A stretch of 63,003 nt of DNA, counting the filler, from Folioceros fuciformis (taxonomy: Eukaryota): the NCBI GenBank assembly GCA_049999805.1. It is 14 parts of 14 records of this genome, joined end to end, with 100 filler letters (N's around TTAATTAATTAA, not from the genome) between each part and the next. Parts side by side here need not be neighbours in the genome. Positions count along the whole stretch, not along the records: positions 9,561 to 16,231 come from JBNGIO010004883.1; positions 16,332 to 21,218 come from JBNGIO010004884.1; positions 21,319 to 26,149 come from JBNGIO010004886.1; 11 more parts are not named here. One strand, written 5' to 3'. A program made the position numbers and the translations under genes. Below, piece by piece: positions 9,561 through 22,426 of this stretch; positions within the stretch are counted from its first letter, which is position 1, and each line of letters opens with the position of its first letter. The notes beneath the pieces are model-generated. The model made no database searches, had not been told where the DNA came from, and saw only the letters and a list, made by a program, of their open reading frames with translations.

Positions 9561-12500
9561 TGTGAACTTTCCTAAGGTGGGAACAAAACGGAAGCATGAA
9601 TTAGGAAAAGATTAAGGAAGTACATAGGTAGGGGGCCCTCTTATAGGGGACCCAGGGCACCCCTTCGTAGGGGTGCAACTGTTCACTTGACGAGCTAGGT
9701 TAGTCTAACTCATGTGGCTAGTAGCTAGGGTTACGTAAACCTTACGAAACTTAACACGCTCCCCAACACCCCCACTCAACACTCACTCACGTCTAAGCCG
9801 CCATTCGCTATGTGGATCAACTTGCAAATCCGCCTTCTGAGTGTCTCCAGCAAGATCCTACGCACTGCTCACCTCCGCCACGCAGTCTCTAGGACACCGT
9901 TGCAACTACAAGCTGGGTGGACAGTCAATTGTCCTACTCTGACTGGCACTACCTGTCTCTTGAGCGCCTCAAGTTGTTGCTAGTTGGTTGCCACGATGGC
10001 TGTTCGCTTGTTTGCATAGGAGAAGATTGGGCACCGAGTAGCTACCTGTGTCGGCGGACTGGGTTGCGGATGAAGAGCACCTCCAAGCACACCAATTCGC
10101 CTCCACGAGTGACCACCTTCTATGGCAAGTCCAGTGCCAGACTTGCAGCTGTAGGCTACCGACTCAATCTTGGAAGACAAGTATGCTCAGACTCTCAAGA
10201 CAGCAGTTCAAAGCATGCAATTCTGTCTAGCAAACTAACTTCCTAATTGTTCTCCTCAGACACAAGGCCTAGCCTCCTTTAGTGCTTCGTGTGGGCTTCG
10301 CTTGGCAAGGCCTTGGTGAGGATATCCGCCGGGTTTTCACTGGTATTGATGTAGCTCAGAACAAATTCCCCACGCTCCACCACGTCTCGGATGAAGTGGT
10401 GGTGCACCTCTATATGTTTGGTGCGAGCGTGGAACATTGGATTGCCCGCAAGGGCGATGGCTCCCTGGTTATCACAATGCAAGCAAGTTGGTACCTCTTG
10501 TGTTTGTTCGACGTCCTCCAGGCACCTTTGATCCCACACAGCCTCTTTGGCAGCTACTATAAGGGTTTTGTATTCTGCCTCCGTACAGGAGAGGCAGATG
10601 CTTGCATTTCTTTTGCAAGACCAAGCTACAGGGCCTCCAGCAAGCGTGAAGACATACGCTGCAATCGACTTGCGGCTATCGGGGTCGACAGCCCAGTCAC
10701 TCTCACAATACCCTTCCAACAATAGCACCTTCTTTCCTGACCCCATGTAAGTGATGCAGAAGTCCATTGTTCCTTTGAGATAGCGAAAGATTTGCTTTAC
10801 CTAAGTCCAATGCTCTCTCTCAAAGTGTGCAAGAAACTGGGAAACAAGATGGACAGGGAAAGCGATGTCCGTCCTCGTCAGGCAGGTAAGGAAGATAAGA
10901 GTGCCAACTGCCTGTTTGTACGGCACCTTTGCCATGTCTCTGACCTCCTCCTTTGTGCTTGCAGCTTGATCCTTCGTAAGCTTGATGCCGGCTGTCAAAG
11001 GTGTTGCTGCTGCATGCGTATCTGCCAAATTGAACTTCACTAGGCTGTCGAGGATATACTTTCGTTATGACAAGGTAAGTATCCTATTTTTCCTGTCATA
11101 CTTAATCTCAACGCCCAAGCACCAGGTCAGCTCACCAATATTTGTCATGTCAAATTCTGCTTTCAGAAGATTTTTCACCATGCCCATCAAGCTGCCTAGA
11201 CTAGGCGTTCCTGCCATGACCAAGTCATCGACATACACCAGGAGCATGAGATATGCTCCGCCTTTCCTCAAGATATACAGGTTTGTGTCTGCCATTGACT
11301 TCTGAAACCCGCATTTGCTGACCAAGAAACCATCCAAACGAGTGTGCCAAGCCCTGGGGCTTTGCTTCAGCCCACACAAAGTCTTGTGGAGTTTGCACAC
11401 TAAGTTTTCTTTGCTTTTTTGGATGTAACCTTCAGGTTGCGATATGTATATTTCCTCTTCAAGCTGCCCGTTGAGGAAAGCGGTACGAACATCCATTTGC
11501 TGCAACTCGAGATCACAGTGTGCAGCCACAGCAAGCACCATGTGTAGTGTTGGGAACTTGATCACCAGGGCAGACGTTTCAAAGTAATCTTCGCTTGGTT
11601 TCTGTGAGAACCCCCAAACCACTAGCCGTGCTTTATACCTCTCGATAGATCCATCCACTTTATACTTTGTTTTAAATACCCATTTCCATGAGATGGCCCT
11701 TTGGTTTGGTGGTAGAGGCTGCAGTGACCACGTCCCATTCATGATCAGGGAGTCGTACTCCTCCTTAACAGCTTCCTTCCACTTGCTTGAGTCAGGACCA
11801 GAATAGGCTTCTTTCATTGTTAGTGGGTCTCTAGGGTCCACTTGTGCCACTGCCAGGGCTTGCTCAACTTCTTTTCCAACAAAAAAATCTGGAACACCAG
11901 ATTGAAACATGGCGAGCAAGGATGCATCACCATTTGTGTCCCCATCCTTGCCTTCATTCTCAAAGTCCCCCACTATAGCTGGCATTGATTCCACCACCTC
12001 GCTAGTTGTCCAGTCAGTGTGAATGTGACTGGTCCATTTGCTGGGGTTAAATGGCACGTGAGCGACCCGGTTCCTAGAGGGATACTGTGATGTGGAAGCA
12101 TCTTGCTCTCCTGTAGTCTTGGGTTGCACATCCATGTGTGCTTGTGCCTCCAGGTCAGCTTCAGGGAGGTCATTTACTGCCATCCCGTCTGCACTAGCAA
12201 TGGTTGCAGTGTCATCTTCAGCATCCATGGAAATGCTGCTTCCTGACTAGTCAAATTGTGACATCTGGCCCATCAAATCAGCAGTGGATGGGTTTCTAGG
12301 TGTCAGCCCCAAGGCAGAATCTTCAGGAATTCTAGGTATGCTTCTTCCTCTGCCTGTTCAGGTGCTGACTAGTCATGCCTAGGTGTAAGGAGGCTGGCCT
12401 CGTTGAAAACAACGCTTCTAGCATACAGGGCACTTCGAGTCTTTGGATCGAAAAGTTTATATGCCTTAATGCCGTCGGTGTACCCAATGAAAATCAGCTT

Positions 12501-15500
12501 CTTGGCACAGTCTAATGGCTTCGAGTTAGCTAGCTTCTCCTTTGGAATATGGGGATATGCTGGTGAGCCAAATGTGCGCAGGTGTTGTACAAACGGTTTC
12601 CTTCCACACCACACTTCATATGGAGTCTTCCCTTGAAGGGCCTTACACGGTAAGTGGTTGTACAAATAGTTTGCTGTATAAACCGCTTCTCCCCAGTAAG
12701 CTAACGGCAAGTTAGCTTGCTTAAGTAATGTCCTGGCTATGTCTTTTGCAGACCTATTCCGACGCTTAGCCACTCCGTTATGGGATGAGCTGTACGGCAC
12801 TGTAAATTTCTTCAATATGCCCAGGTCACTGCAATACGAGTTGAATGCTTCAGAATCAAATTCTCCTCCATTGTCCGTACGCAGGCACATAAGTTTCTTG
12901 CTTGTTTGTCTCTCAACCATGGCATTGTACAGCTTGAAGCATGCGAAGGCATCACTTTTGTGCTTTAACACATACACATGACCAAACCTGCTGTAGTCGT
13001 CAATGAAGGTCAAAAAGTACACCCCTCCTCCAAAAGAGGGTGTTGAGACTGGCCCGCACAAGTCTACATGCACCAGCTGCAGGACCTTAGTTGCTCTCGT
13101 GCCTCCTCCCTTTGGGAACGCAGTTTTGTGGTGCTTCCCATACACGCAGGCCTCGCAAAAAGGTAGAGAGGTGAGCTTTGTTGGTACTCCATCTGAATAG
13201 ATGTCATGTGTGCTCATGTCTTTCAACTTGCAAGGGTTTGGATGCCCCAAGCGCATGTGCTAGATTTTGGTCACATCTGAATCGGATACATTGGGCCTGA
13301 CCCCCGCCAGCTGTGTTGATGGTACCGGGAGACTGGAGACATTCAGAAGGAACAGGTCATGAGACAGGTGACCTGCAGCAATGGGTTTGCCTGACTCTTT
13401 GATCACGCACATGGACTTTTTGAATGTTACTTCTAGCTCTCTACTGCGTACCATCTGACACACTGACACCACGTTTTTCGTGATTGCAAGGACATGCAAC
13501 ACGTTGTGCAAGACCAAGTTACTGCCATTTTCCAACCTTAAGGTAACAGTACCCACACCTCTAATCTGCAACTCACTGTCATCCCCTAGCAAGACATTCT
13601 GTGACTTAGAGAGTGGAGGATGTATTGAGAAAATGCAGACCTATCATGGCAAATGTGTGCAGTTGCCCTTGAATCTATGAACCAACTTGGTGTGTGTGAC
13701 TCTGTTGCATATAAGCAGACTGTCAGGATTCTAGGTGAGCTCCTGACCTGTGATGGCGCAGGCCTTAACCTTTTAGAGGGGGAGGGAGACTCAGAGAGAG
13801 GGGAAACTTAAACCATCAGCACAGACGTCGTCGCCTTCTCCTTCTTGGCCACATTATTCGCCTCAAGAGTCAGAACCTGCCTAGGTTCGCCATTCTTTTT
13901 CTTTCTGCAGTCTCTCTCCTAATGATTAGGCAACCCACACCAGTTGCAGTTGCCTTGCCTCTTCTTGCTGGATGATGCCTCGCTTGCAGAGCTCAATCCA
14001 AGTCCTCTGGGTTTGTAGGGTTCACCAGGTCCCTTTCGTGGCCCTTTTGGCCTTGACGTGAACAACGCCTACCCTCTGGGTGTTTTTGCAGCAGCAAGGG
14101 TCTACCTACTCACATCCTCCATCATTAGAGCACCTACAAGTTCGTTCACATCTAGAGAAGGTATGTCCTCCTCCTTCATTTTTGTCACAACAGCCAACTA
14201 CTGTGCTAGTCTCAGAACTGCATTTTGACTAGTGACAAAATTTGTGTAGCTTGGTGGAAGTGCAGATAATAGCCTCATACACGCTTCAAATTCTTTCACA
14301 AGGGTCCCAGACTGTTCCAACTTAAGGCGCGCTACTCTAAACTTTCCAACAAACTGGTCCAAAGGTTCACCTTCTCGCATTTTCATGTTATAGTACTTCA
14401 CACTTGCGGACATCTTGGACATCATGTCCTTCCCATGGTAAACCATACTAAGATGCTCCCACATTTCTTTTGACGTGGTGGTAGCCGAGGTGGCAGTTAC
14501 CATCTCCTCAGTGAGTTTGAGTCTGATTGCACTTTGTGCACAAATGTCCAGGAAGTCCCGAAGAACTTGGTCGTCTGAAAGTTGTCCTTCTGCTTGTGCA
14601 AGTTTGTCAGCTGGACGAGGCAGGTCACCAAAAACGTGACCGCACAGGGAGAGCTCTAGCAGGATCCCCTTCATCCGCAACTTCCACACATCATAATTGG
14701 CACCATTTGTGAGCCTGTCCTTTTCTTTGAAGTCGAACCGCACAAGCTGCATGTTTTTGATGAATCAAGCTGTAACACTGTCAGTGTTGTCTCGTCGATC
14801 ACCATCTCTATTGTTGTTTTGCCGATCAACGTCAAAGTCATTGCTGATGTCGGCCATGTTGAACAGCGATGCTATCCCATCTAGAAAATCTCCTTCTAGT
14901 GACTGGTCAATTAGCTACGAGACAACATCACGTTCACCGGTTTGCATTCATGGAAGTGAATGGAGAGCCGCCGGCACACCTTTAGGTTCGGCATTTCTCA
15001 TTTCTTTGCTCGTGCTGCCTATTTCAAGTACATAGAGTTTAGCATTGTTAGTTTTTCTTACATGCTCATTTTGTAGTGTCACAAGAAGACGCAAGTCCAG
15101 ACTACACAGGTGGACGTCAACTCCATGCAGATGTTGCTGCAAGTTATCCAACAGATCTCCTAATTGCTGGAAACACTTAAAGGCAGATGAAATGAACGTC
15201 GCCAAGGTGTCAGTGAGGTCTCGAACTTCGCCAAGTACTGGTGATGTAGAGGACAGAGGTACGTTGACAGCAGGGCGTTGTCTCCTTGTGTGTTGGAAAG
15301 TGGGATAGGAGACTCTCCGTGATGAAACTTTGAAAACACGCACTGGTGGGGTCTCTCCCGCACAATTCTTATAGTCGGATCTTGATGTACATGGAAGGTC
15401 AGAGATTCACTGAGCAACGGCTGTTGCCCTTGTCTTCCGGAAGCGTTCCGTCCAGGTCGAGGTCTTCTGCAGGGGTTGTGACGTCGGTGAAAATCCTGCG

Positions 15501-16011
15501 GGCGCATGTCCATGGCTTCACAGCAGCACTCCTTGCATTCTCCGAAGAGGGATGCTCCCGTCTTCCCAACACTCAGGCGCCGACCCTCCACAATCTGCGT
15601 GAGGCGAGCTTCACTCACCTCTGCAGGTAAACACCTCTCCTCGGCATGGCAGCGTGCGAGAATTCCCTTCATAGCACCGGCTATCAAATTTGCAAATTCC
15701 GGATTGAGGAAATCCCGAAAATAGAGCATCCAACTAATTGTGTTGGCCAGATTGCTCATGATCAAAGTTGCTCTGATACCATGTTGTATTTTCAAGGTGC
15801 GAAGCAAGAGCGCAAGAGACGCTTACAAAAAGAGTTGTTTTTATGTGTTCGCGAGAACGAGTTACATGTACAACAACTATCAACCATTCCTACCTTCATG
15901 CGCGCGCACACGCAACCACAACCTAAACTAATTAACCGTTCGAGTTGCCCTAACGTAAACCTAACTAGGACTATATATGCATGAGTGTGGGTTGCATTAC
16001 GCTCCCCAACA
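9561..16011 (-). mobile_element. Near full-length degenerate copia element with LTR-like ends, PBS and PPT
   Basis: 5' LTR 15782-16011 (TGTTG...CAACA); gag from ~14752, INT 12369-13256, RT 11065-12228, RH 10279-10767, with stops and frameshifts; PPT 9769-9779; 3' LTR from 9768 downward. Confidence 0.9.
15770..15781 (-). promoter_or_regulatory. Primer-binding site, tRNA-iMet type (TGGTATCAGAGC)
   Basis: Plus strand GCTCTGATACCA directly abutting the LTR terminus at 15782. Confidence 0.92.
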
Positions 16012-16231
16012 TAATGTTCTAGTACAGAAGAAGCACATCAAGCCCATTAAGTTGCTAGGAGTGAAACCTGTTAGCATGACTCAGGATGAGTGGCAGGACC
16101 TAGATGAGCTTGCCTAGGTCTACCATCATCATAACATTGTCAAAGTCGGTCTACTTCAACGTGAAAGACAAGACCACTAGCTACGAGCTATGGCAGAAAT
16201 AGTGTGACCTGTATGAGAAGCAAAGTGCGGC
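16012..16231 (+). mobile_element. Copia (Tnt1/Tork-like) gag N-terminal fragment, target of the adjacent insertion
   Basis: Translates to KPVSMTQDEWQDLDELA...LSKSVYFNVKDKTTSYELWQK, with stops. Confidence 0.65.
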
Positions 16232-16381
16232 NNNNNNNNNNNNNNNNNNNNNNNNNNNNNNNNNNNNNNNNNNNNTTAATTAATTAANNNNNNNNNNNNN
16301 NNNNNNNNNNNNNNNNNNNNNNNNNNNNNNNAAGGTGGAACCTGTCGGCAATCAGTGCCCGGGGTTTTGCCTCCACATTTT

Positions 16382-16399
16382 TGGCGCCGTTGCCGGGGA
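16382..16399 (+). promoter_or_regulatory. Primer-binding site, tRNA-Asp type (TGGCGCCGTTGCCGGGGA)
   Basis: Matches the PBS known from Athila-type elements; 4 nt after the LTR end. Confidence 0.85.
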
Positions 16400-16453
16400 G
16401 CGGCTTGGGAGTTTCTTTTGCTGACCGGATGGAGAGTCTAAGTTGTCCTGTAG

Positions 16454-19400
16454 ATGTCTGGTGGAAGAGGTGATCGTAGAACTGGTAGAGGACGAGCAGT
16501 TGTAACCCCTTCACCAAGGGATCTGCGTGCAACAAGGAGGAATTTGCTGAGAGGAGAGAGTAGCTTGACCCCTAAGGCTAGCACCCTTGTGCAGGAGGAG
16601 CTACCTTGGTCAAGTGGAGAGCACGAATCTGGAGGGTTGATTGGTGGAGAGCGTGATATCCAGGAGTCGAGTGTTGTGCAGTCAACTCCAGTAGGGGCTG
16701 TACTTCCTACGTCAAGTATCAGCCAAGAGGGTGGAGGAGTTGCTGCAAGGATGGCTGCTCCTATTCACAGTCGTCAGCAATACGTGAAGTTCGGAGACAA
16801 GAGAAGAGGGGAGGATGCTGAATCCTTCCTAAGGACGTTCGAGCATGTGTCTCGTGCCAACATGGAGGACACTACAGCTGATCGTTTGAGGATCTTTCCA
16901 GGTTTGCTGAGAGGACAAGCTCAGCAGTGGTACAGCCGGACGTATGGAGTGACGCCACCAGTGGATTGGGACAGCTTGAAAGATGATTTCTTGACCAGGT
17001 TCCGAGGTCTCAGCCATGGCCATCACACCTACGCGAGGTTGAGGACTTTGAAGCGAGGAAGGAAGGAGGATCTTTATGACTACATTGAGAGGTTCTACAG
17101 CTATGTGGACAGGATTCCACGTGGTAGGCCAGTTGTTCCGGGAGGTCCGAGTACTCCAGGGTACACGGATGCTCAAGCTTTGGATTGGTTTGCTGGAGGA
17201 CTACCCGATCGGATGGCGACCTACTGCACAAGAGGTGTGACCACTTTGCAGGAGGCTTTGAAGGCTGCTGAAGATTTTGAGCTTTCGGAGTTGAGCAGAG
17301 AGAAGAGGAAGCAGAACCGGAAGTATGGGCATCATAGGAGGTCGAGGCACCACAGCCCATCTTCCTCTTCAAGGTCGAGGTCACCGTCTCACTCAGATCC
17401 AGATTATGACAGCCTTGTGTCGGATCCTTACACCGATGAGGAGTCCGATAAGGCTTATGAGAAGAGGATGAGGAAGGACCTGGAGAAAGCACGCAAGAGG
17501 CGCGAGGAGGATGAGGATCGTCGAGCTGAGAAGGACAAGAGAGGCAAAGGATCCTATAGGATGGAGAGAGGCGAACCGTCCTCAAGTGGTGGAGGACTGA
17601 CCAGTCAGGTTGAGGCATTGACGAGGAGGCTGGCCGAGTTGGAGGTGAAGGCTGTACGCAACCAAGCACCAAGGAGGTCACCTTCACCAGGTCGGCAGCT
17701 GGTGTACTGTTCTATTTGTCATCAATCAGGACACACCCACCAAGAGTGCACTAGGGCTCCCCGCCACGCCGTCAACCAAGTGGACACCTACCTACCAGGA
17801 GACTATTGGTACGTGGATGACTCCTATCAGGTACAGGCTGTGACTGCTCCTCGACCACCACAGTCCATTCGGCCATCTTTTCAACCACCAGGACCTCCTG
17901 GAATGAGGTATGGTCCTCGTCCAGTATCTCCAGGCCATTGGAGGCCAGATCCGTCCCAGCGTCCACAAGTGGTGGCAGCAGGTTGTTGTTTTAATTGTGG
18001 CTTGCCGGGACACTATGCTAACGAGTGCACAGAGCCACGTAGGCAACTTGGATTTGTGCCGTTTTGTCAGGTGTGTAAGGATCCAGGGCACAGGGCTGGG
18101 GATCCAAGGTGTTCGGGCATCCCTAGGCCTGCGCTGCCTAGATCCGGAGTGAGGATCACGGAGGCACCGCAAGAGGGACTTCCTCCTGGGGTGGAAACAA
18201 CAACTCCGGTGACAAGCGCACCTGTGTTGTCGGTGGAGGCTGAGGAGGAGCCTTTGATTGACTCTCAAGCATTTTCTGGCATTGTGGAGGAGGGATATTC
18301 AGGCGAAGCTAGCGATGGTGAAGAAGTCATGGTGGCAAGGGTCACCACTCGTTCTGAACGTCGTTATCGGGAGAGGACGAAGAAGGAAGAGAAGAGAAGG
18401 AGGAGAGAACGTGACAACACTCCTAAACCATCGGAGGCAAGGGAGGAACCACTCATCCAGCAAGGGAAGAATGATGTGTCGACTGGACAAGAGGTTGATC
18501 CACCCCATCGAGAGGAAGGTGAACTAGATGAAGGAGAGGTTGAAGAATCAGCATTCCCACCCGACATCAGCAAGGAGGTTGCTGCAATGCTGGAGGAAGA
18601 GCTGACTAGGCTGATGCACCGGTCTAAGAAGGTCACGTTTGCAGACCCTCTTGTGACAGGGGTGGTGGAGAGTGCAAGTCCCTTGGAGAAAGAACAGGAA
18701 GGAGAGAAGGTTGATCGAAGCGAGGAGGATGGAGGGATCAATCCTCCTAAGACAACAACAGCAAGGGAGGCTTTGGCCATGAAGGTTGCTGGATTTGCTG
18801 ACGCCTTGCTTGACCAGGAGTTTGTGGTGAGCTTGAGACAGCTCTTGTCTGTTAGTCCCAAGGCCAGGAAGATCGTCAAGGAAGCCATCCGAGGGATACC
18901 GGAGCCACTCGAAGGGAAGACAGTCCCTACTTGGATGAGTTCAGTTGAGTTGGCTGATTGTGGAGCTCCTGAAATAGAGGTGGAGATTGCAGGTTGTCTG
19001 GTACCGGATGTACCGTTGGATACGGGGTCTGGTGTCAACCTCATGACGGAGGACACAGCCCATCGTTTGGGGTTCACGGAGTTTGACCCTATCCGCGTGT
19101 ACCTTCGGATGGCAGATCAGACCAAGAGGAAGCCTCTAGGAGTGTTGAAGGATGTACCCACGGTGATAGGAGGGATCATGTTCAAGCTAACCTACATTGT
19201 CATGAGGCCAGTGTCTGACCTAGGGTACAAGGTGCTCCTTGGGAGACCGTGGTTGTACGGGACAGCTTGTGTGTTTGATTTTGGCAGGAAAGGTGTGACC
19301 TTTAGGTCTAAACCTACAGGACCTGCTGAAGTTTCGTTTGTCTCGTGGAGCAAAGCTCCCTATGGGGGAGAAACAGCAGGACCATCCCCCGGGTACACAT

Positions 19401-21218
19401 CCGGTAGTGCTGGAGGTAGCACTTCCAGCAGTACAGGAGCCTACAAGGGAGTAGGGCATACTGTCAGGATGGTGGATTTGGGTCAAGAGGTGACTTGTTT
19501 CCATACTGAAGTGGTGGAGAATGAAGATCCACAGGAGGATGAAGAGCAAAGGGAAGGAGCTACCTTTTGGAAAGGGAAAGCCTATGACTATGATTTCCCA
19601 GAAGAAGGATCAGGAACAAGTGTAGGGAGTAGTCCCGAAGGAGTTTACGTGGATCCCGATGCTGTCGAGGACATGGAGTTGACCCCAGGGAAGAAAGTCA
19701 AGGTGTCCAAGTACCTCACACCCAAGGAGAAGGTAGGTTTGAAGGCGCTATTGACTGAATATTTGGATGTGTTTGCCTTCAAGGTGACGGACATGACAGG
19801 TGTTCCGGAGGAGCTGGGTGTTCATAGGATAGATCTCAAGGAGGGAAGCACACCGGTTCGGGTGAAGCAATACCGATTGAACCCAAAGTACTCCATGGTT
19901 GTGAAGGAGCAGTTGGATCAGTACTTGGAGGCTGGAGTCATCTATCCTGTCCTAACTAGTGAGTGGGTAGCTCCAATTGTGGTGGTGCCTAAGAAGCAAG
20001 CTGGCAAGGTGAGGGTTTGCCAGGACTTCAGGAAGCTCAATGAGGCGACCAAGAAAGACCATCATCCACTCCCTTTCATGGACAGTGTGCTGGACACAGT
20101 TGCTGGACATGAGATGTACAGTTTCCTAGATGGGTATTCAGGTTACAATCAGATCACACTGAGGGAGGAGGATCGCGACAAGACGACTTTCACAACTGAT
20201 TGGGGGACGTACGCCTACACCAAGTTGCCTTTTGGGCTCTGCAATGCTCCGGCAACTTTTCAGCGGGTGGTGAATACCATTTTCAAGGAGTTCCTTCGGA
20301 AGTTCATGGAGGTGTTCTTGGATGACTTTTGTGTCTTTGGAAGGAGGTACCTACACTTGGAACAGCTAAGGAAGTGCTTGCAGAGGTGTAGGGAGACTAA
20401 CCTCAAGTTGCATCCGGGGAAGTGTTTCTTTTGCATGACGGAGGGTATCTTGCTAGCCCATAGAGTTTCAGCCAGGGGGTTGCAAGTCGACATGGAAAAG
20501 GTGAAGATCATCTCGGAGATGGATGCACCTCAGAGCGTGAGACAGGTCAGGGCTTTCATTGGGTTGGTGGGTTACTACAGGAGATTCATCAAGGACTTCG
20601 CTAAGAAGGCGGCAGCTTTGACCCAGCTAACGAAGAAGGATGTGCTGTATGAGTGGACCCCGGAGCGGGAGGAAGCGTTTCAGGATTTGAAGAGGAGTTT
20701 GGTGGCAGCACCCACATTGAGCCCACCAAATTGGGAGAAGACCTTTCATGTGTATGTGGATGTGTCAGCCTATGCTATAGGGGCCATCCTCAGCCAACAA
20801 GACGACAAGAAGAGGGATCACCCTATCTTCTATGCCGGAAGGCAACTCACAGATGCGGAGAGGAATTACTCCACAACGGAGAGAGAAGCTTTGGGCATCA
20901 TCTACGCTTGTAAGAAGTTCCGTCACTACCTTCTAGCTTGCAAGGTAGTATTTCATGTGGACCACTTTGCTTTGAAGTATCTTGTGAACAAGCCTGACCT
21001 ATCAGGGAGGATCGCTAGGTGGATTCTCTTGCTGCAGGAGTTTGATTTTGAGGTGGAAACAAGAGCGGGGAAGAGCCATGTTAATGCTGACTTTGTTTCT
21101 AGACTCAAAACCAAAGGGAAGGTTAGAGAAACGGATGACAGGTTTCCTGATGAGGAGTTGATTGCTGCCGTACATACAGTAGAAGAGGGAGAGTTCGATG
21201 AACAGGTTACCGGTGAGG
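16454..21218 (+). CDS. Gypsy Gag-Pol polyprotein, open until the gap (integrase not in contig)
   Basis: Retrotransposon gag region; knuckles CSICHQSGHTHQEC and CFNCGLPGHYANEC; protease LDTGSGVNL; RT LPFGLCNAPATFQR / FLDD; RNase H DVSAYAIGA...EREALG...DHFAL. Confidence 0.93.
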
Positions 21219-21318
21219 NNNNNNNNNNNNNNNNNNNNNNNNNNNNNNNNNNNNNNNNNNNNTTAATTAATTAANNNNNNNNNNNNNNNNNNNNNNNNNN
21301 NNNNNNNNNNNNNNNNNN

Positions 21319-22426
21319 CAAACCCTGGCTAGAAGCATTGGGAGGCAGTGAAAGGAGTTATGAGATACTTGAATTGTACAAAAGCTTTGTGCATATGTTT
21401 TGGTGGTGAAGATGCATCTGTCGTGGGATATACGGATGCTGATTATGTAGGGGATATGGACAAAAGGAGGTCCACATCAGGTCATGTCTTCATGTGCACT
21501 TGAGGGGCAGTCTCATGGCGATCGCGTTTGCAATCGTGCATAATGCTATCTACCACAGAGGCCGAGTATGTTGCAGCGACTGAGGCATGCAAGGAAGCCA
21601 TGTGGCTTGCTCGTCTAGTGGGAGATTTGAGAATCAAGGTTAAGCTGCCAGTGTTGCATTGTGATAGCCAAAGTGCTATCCAATTGGCGAAGAATCTAGT
21701 GTTTCATGCGAAGACCAAACATGTAGAAGTGACGTATCACTTCATTCGAGAGGTGTTGGAAGACAAGAGGGTACAACTTGTCAAAGTTCACACCAGTCAG
21801 AACCCTGCAGATGTTCTTACCAAGGGGCTCTCTTTGGAGCAATTCGCACAAGCTTGGACACTCATGGGCATGAGGTAGACCACTCTCCTATAAAGGTAAA
21901 TTGGCCTTTAAGCGGGAGGTTGTAGGGTTATTAAAGCCCAATGTGCTTAGACTAATCTGTTTAGTCTAAGATTAGTATCTAGTTAAGTATCATTAATTTA
22001 GATTAGCTTAAGCTAATCTGTAGGAAGCTTCTTGCGCAGCTTCTTGCGCAGCTTCTTGTGCGCTTCTTGTGAAGCTTCCTAGGGAGCTCTTCTAGAGGGT
22101 ATAAATACCCCCTTGAGCTCCCTTGCCTATTGAGAGACTTTATTATGAGAGTGTGACCTCTCTTTCTCCTCCTCCTTGCCTGCTTCTCTCCTCTCCTTCA
22201 CCATGTAGCTCCTTGTAGCGATCCTTCAGTGAGCGCCTTGTCTTGAGTTTTGGACTCAAGTCTAGGTCTCCCCCCCTCTTCTGGTGCTTGATTTTTGTAC
22301 ATATGTTAGCAGGATTCTCCCCTTGTATTGTAGTGAAAGGCATCTGCCAATTATAATCTGAAATTTTTTCGCGAAAAAAAATGTCACCGGAGTGCCATAC
22401 AATGGATACTCAGCACTTCCCCTACA
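21319..22426 (+). mobile_element. Copia (Tork-like) RNase H end plus 506-bp 3' LTR (21921-22426)
   Basis: STTEAEY...CDSQSAI...KTKHVEV...ADVLTK; purine tract before 21921; perfect 7-bp terminal inverted repeat TGTAGGG...CCCTACA. Confidence 0.9.

Larger units (their letters stand above)
16332..21218 (+). mobile_element. Ty3/gypsy non-chromovirus (Athila-like) element, 5' part
   Basis: LTR end ...CCTCCACA at 16377; PBS at 16382; gag-PR-RT-RH order. Confidence 0.93.

Noticed and set aside
9917-10246. Antisense ORF in another copia 3' region (also 7539-7766)
   Set aside because: Non-ATG starts and no protein-like features; not counted as support for the antisense-ORF pattern.
16829-20913. Many 60-240 aa ORFs overlapping gag-pol (for example 17010-17687, 18364-19077)
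   Set aside because: Shadow frames of a long coding sequence, with no recognisable motifs.
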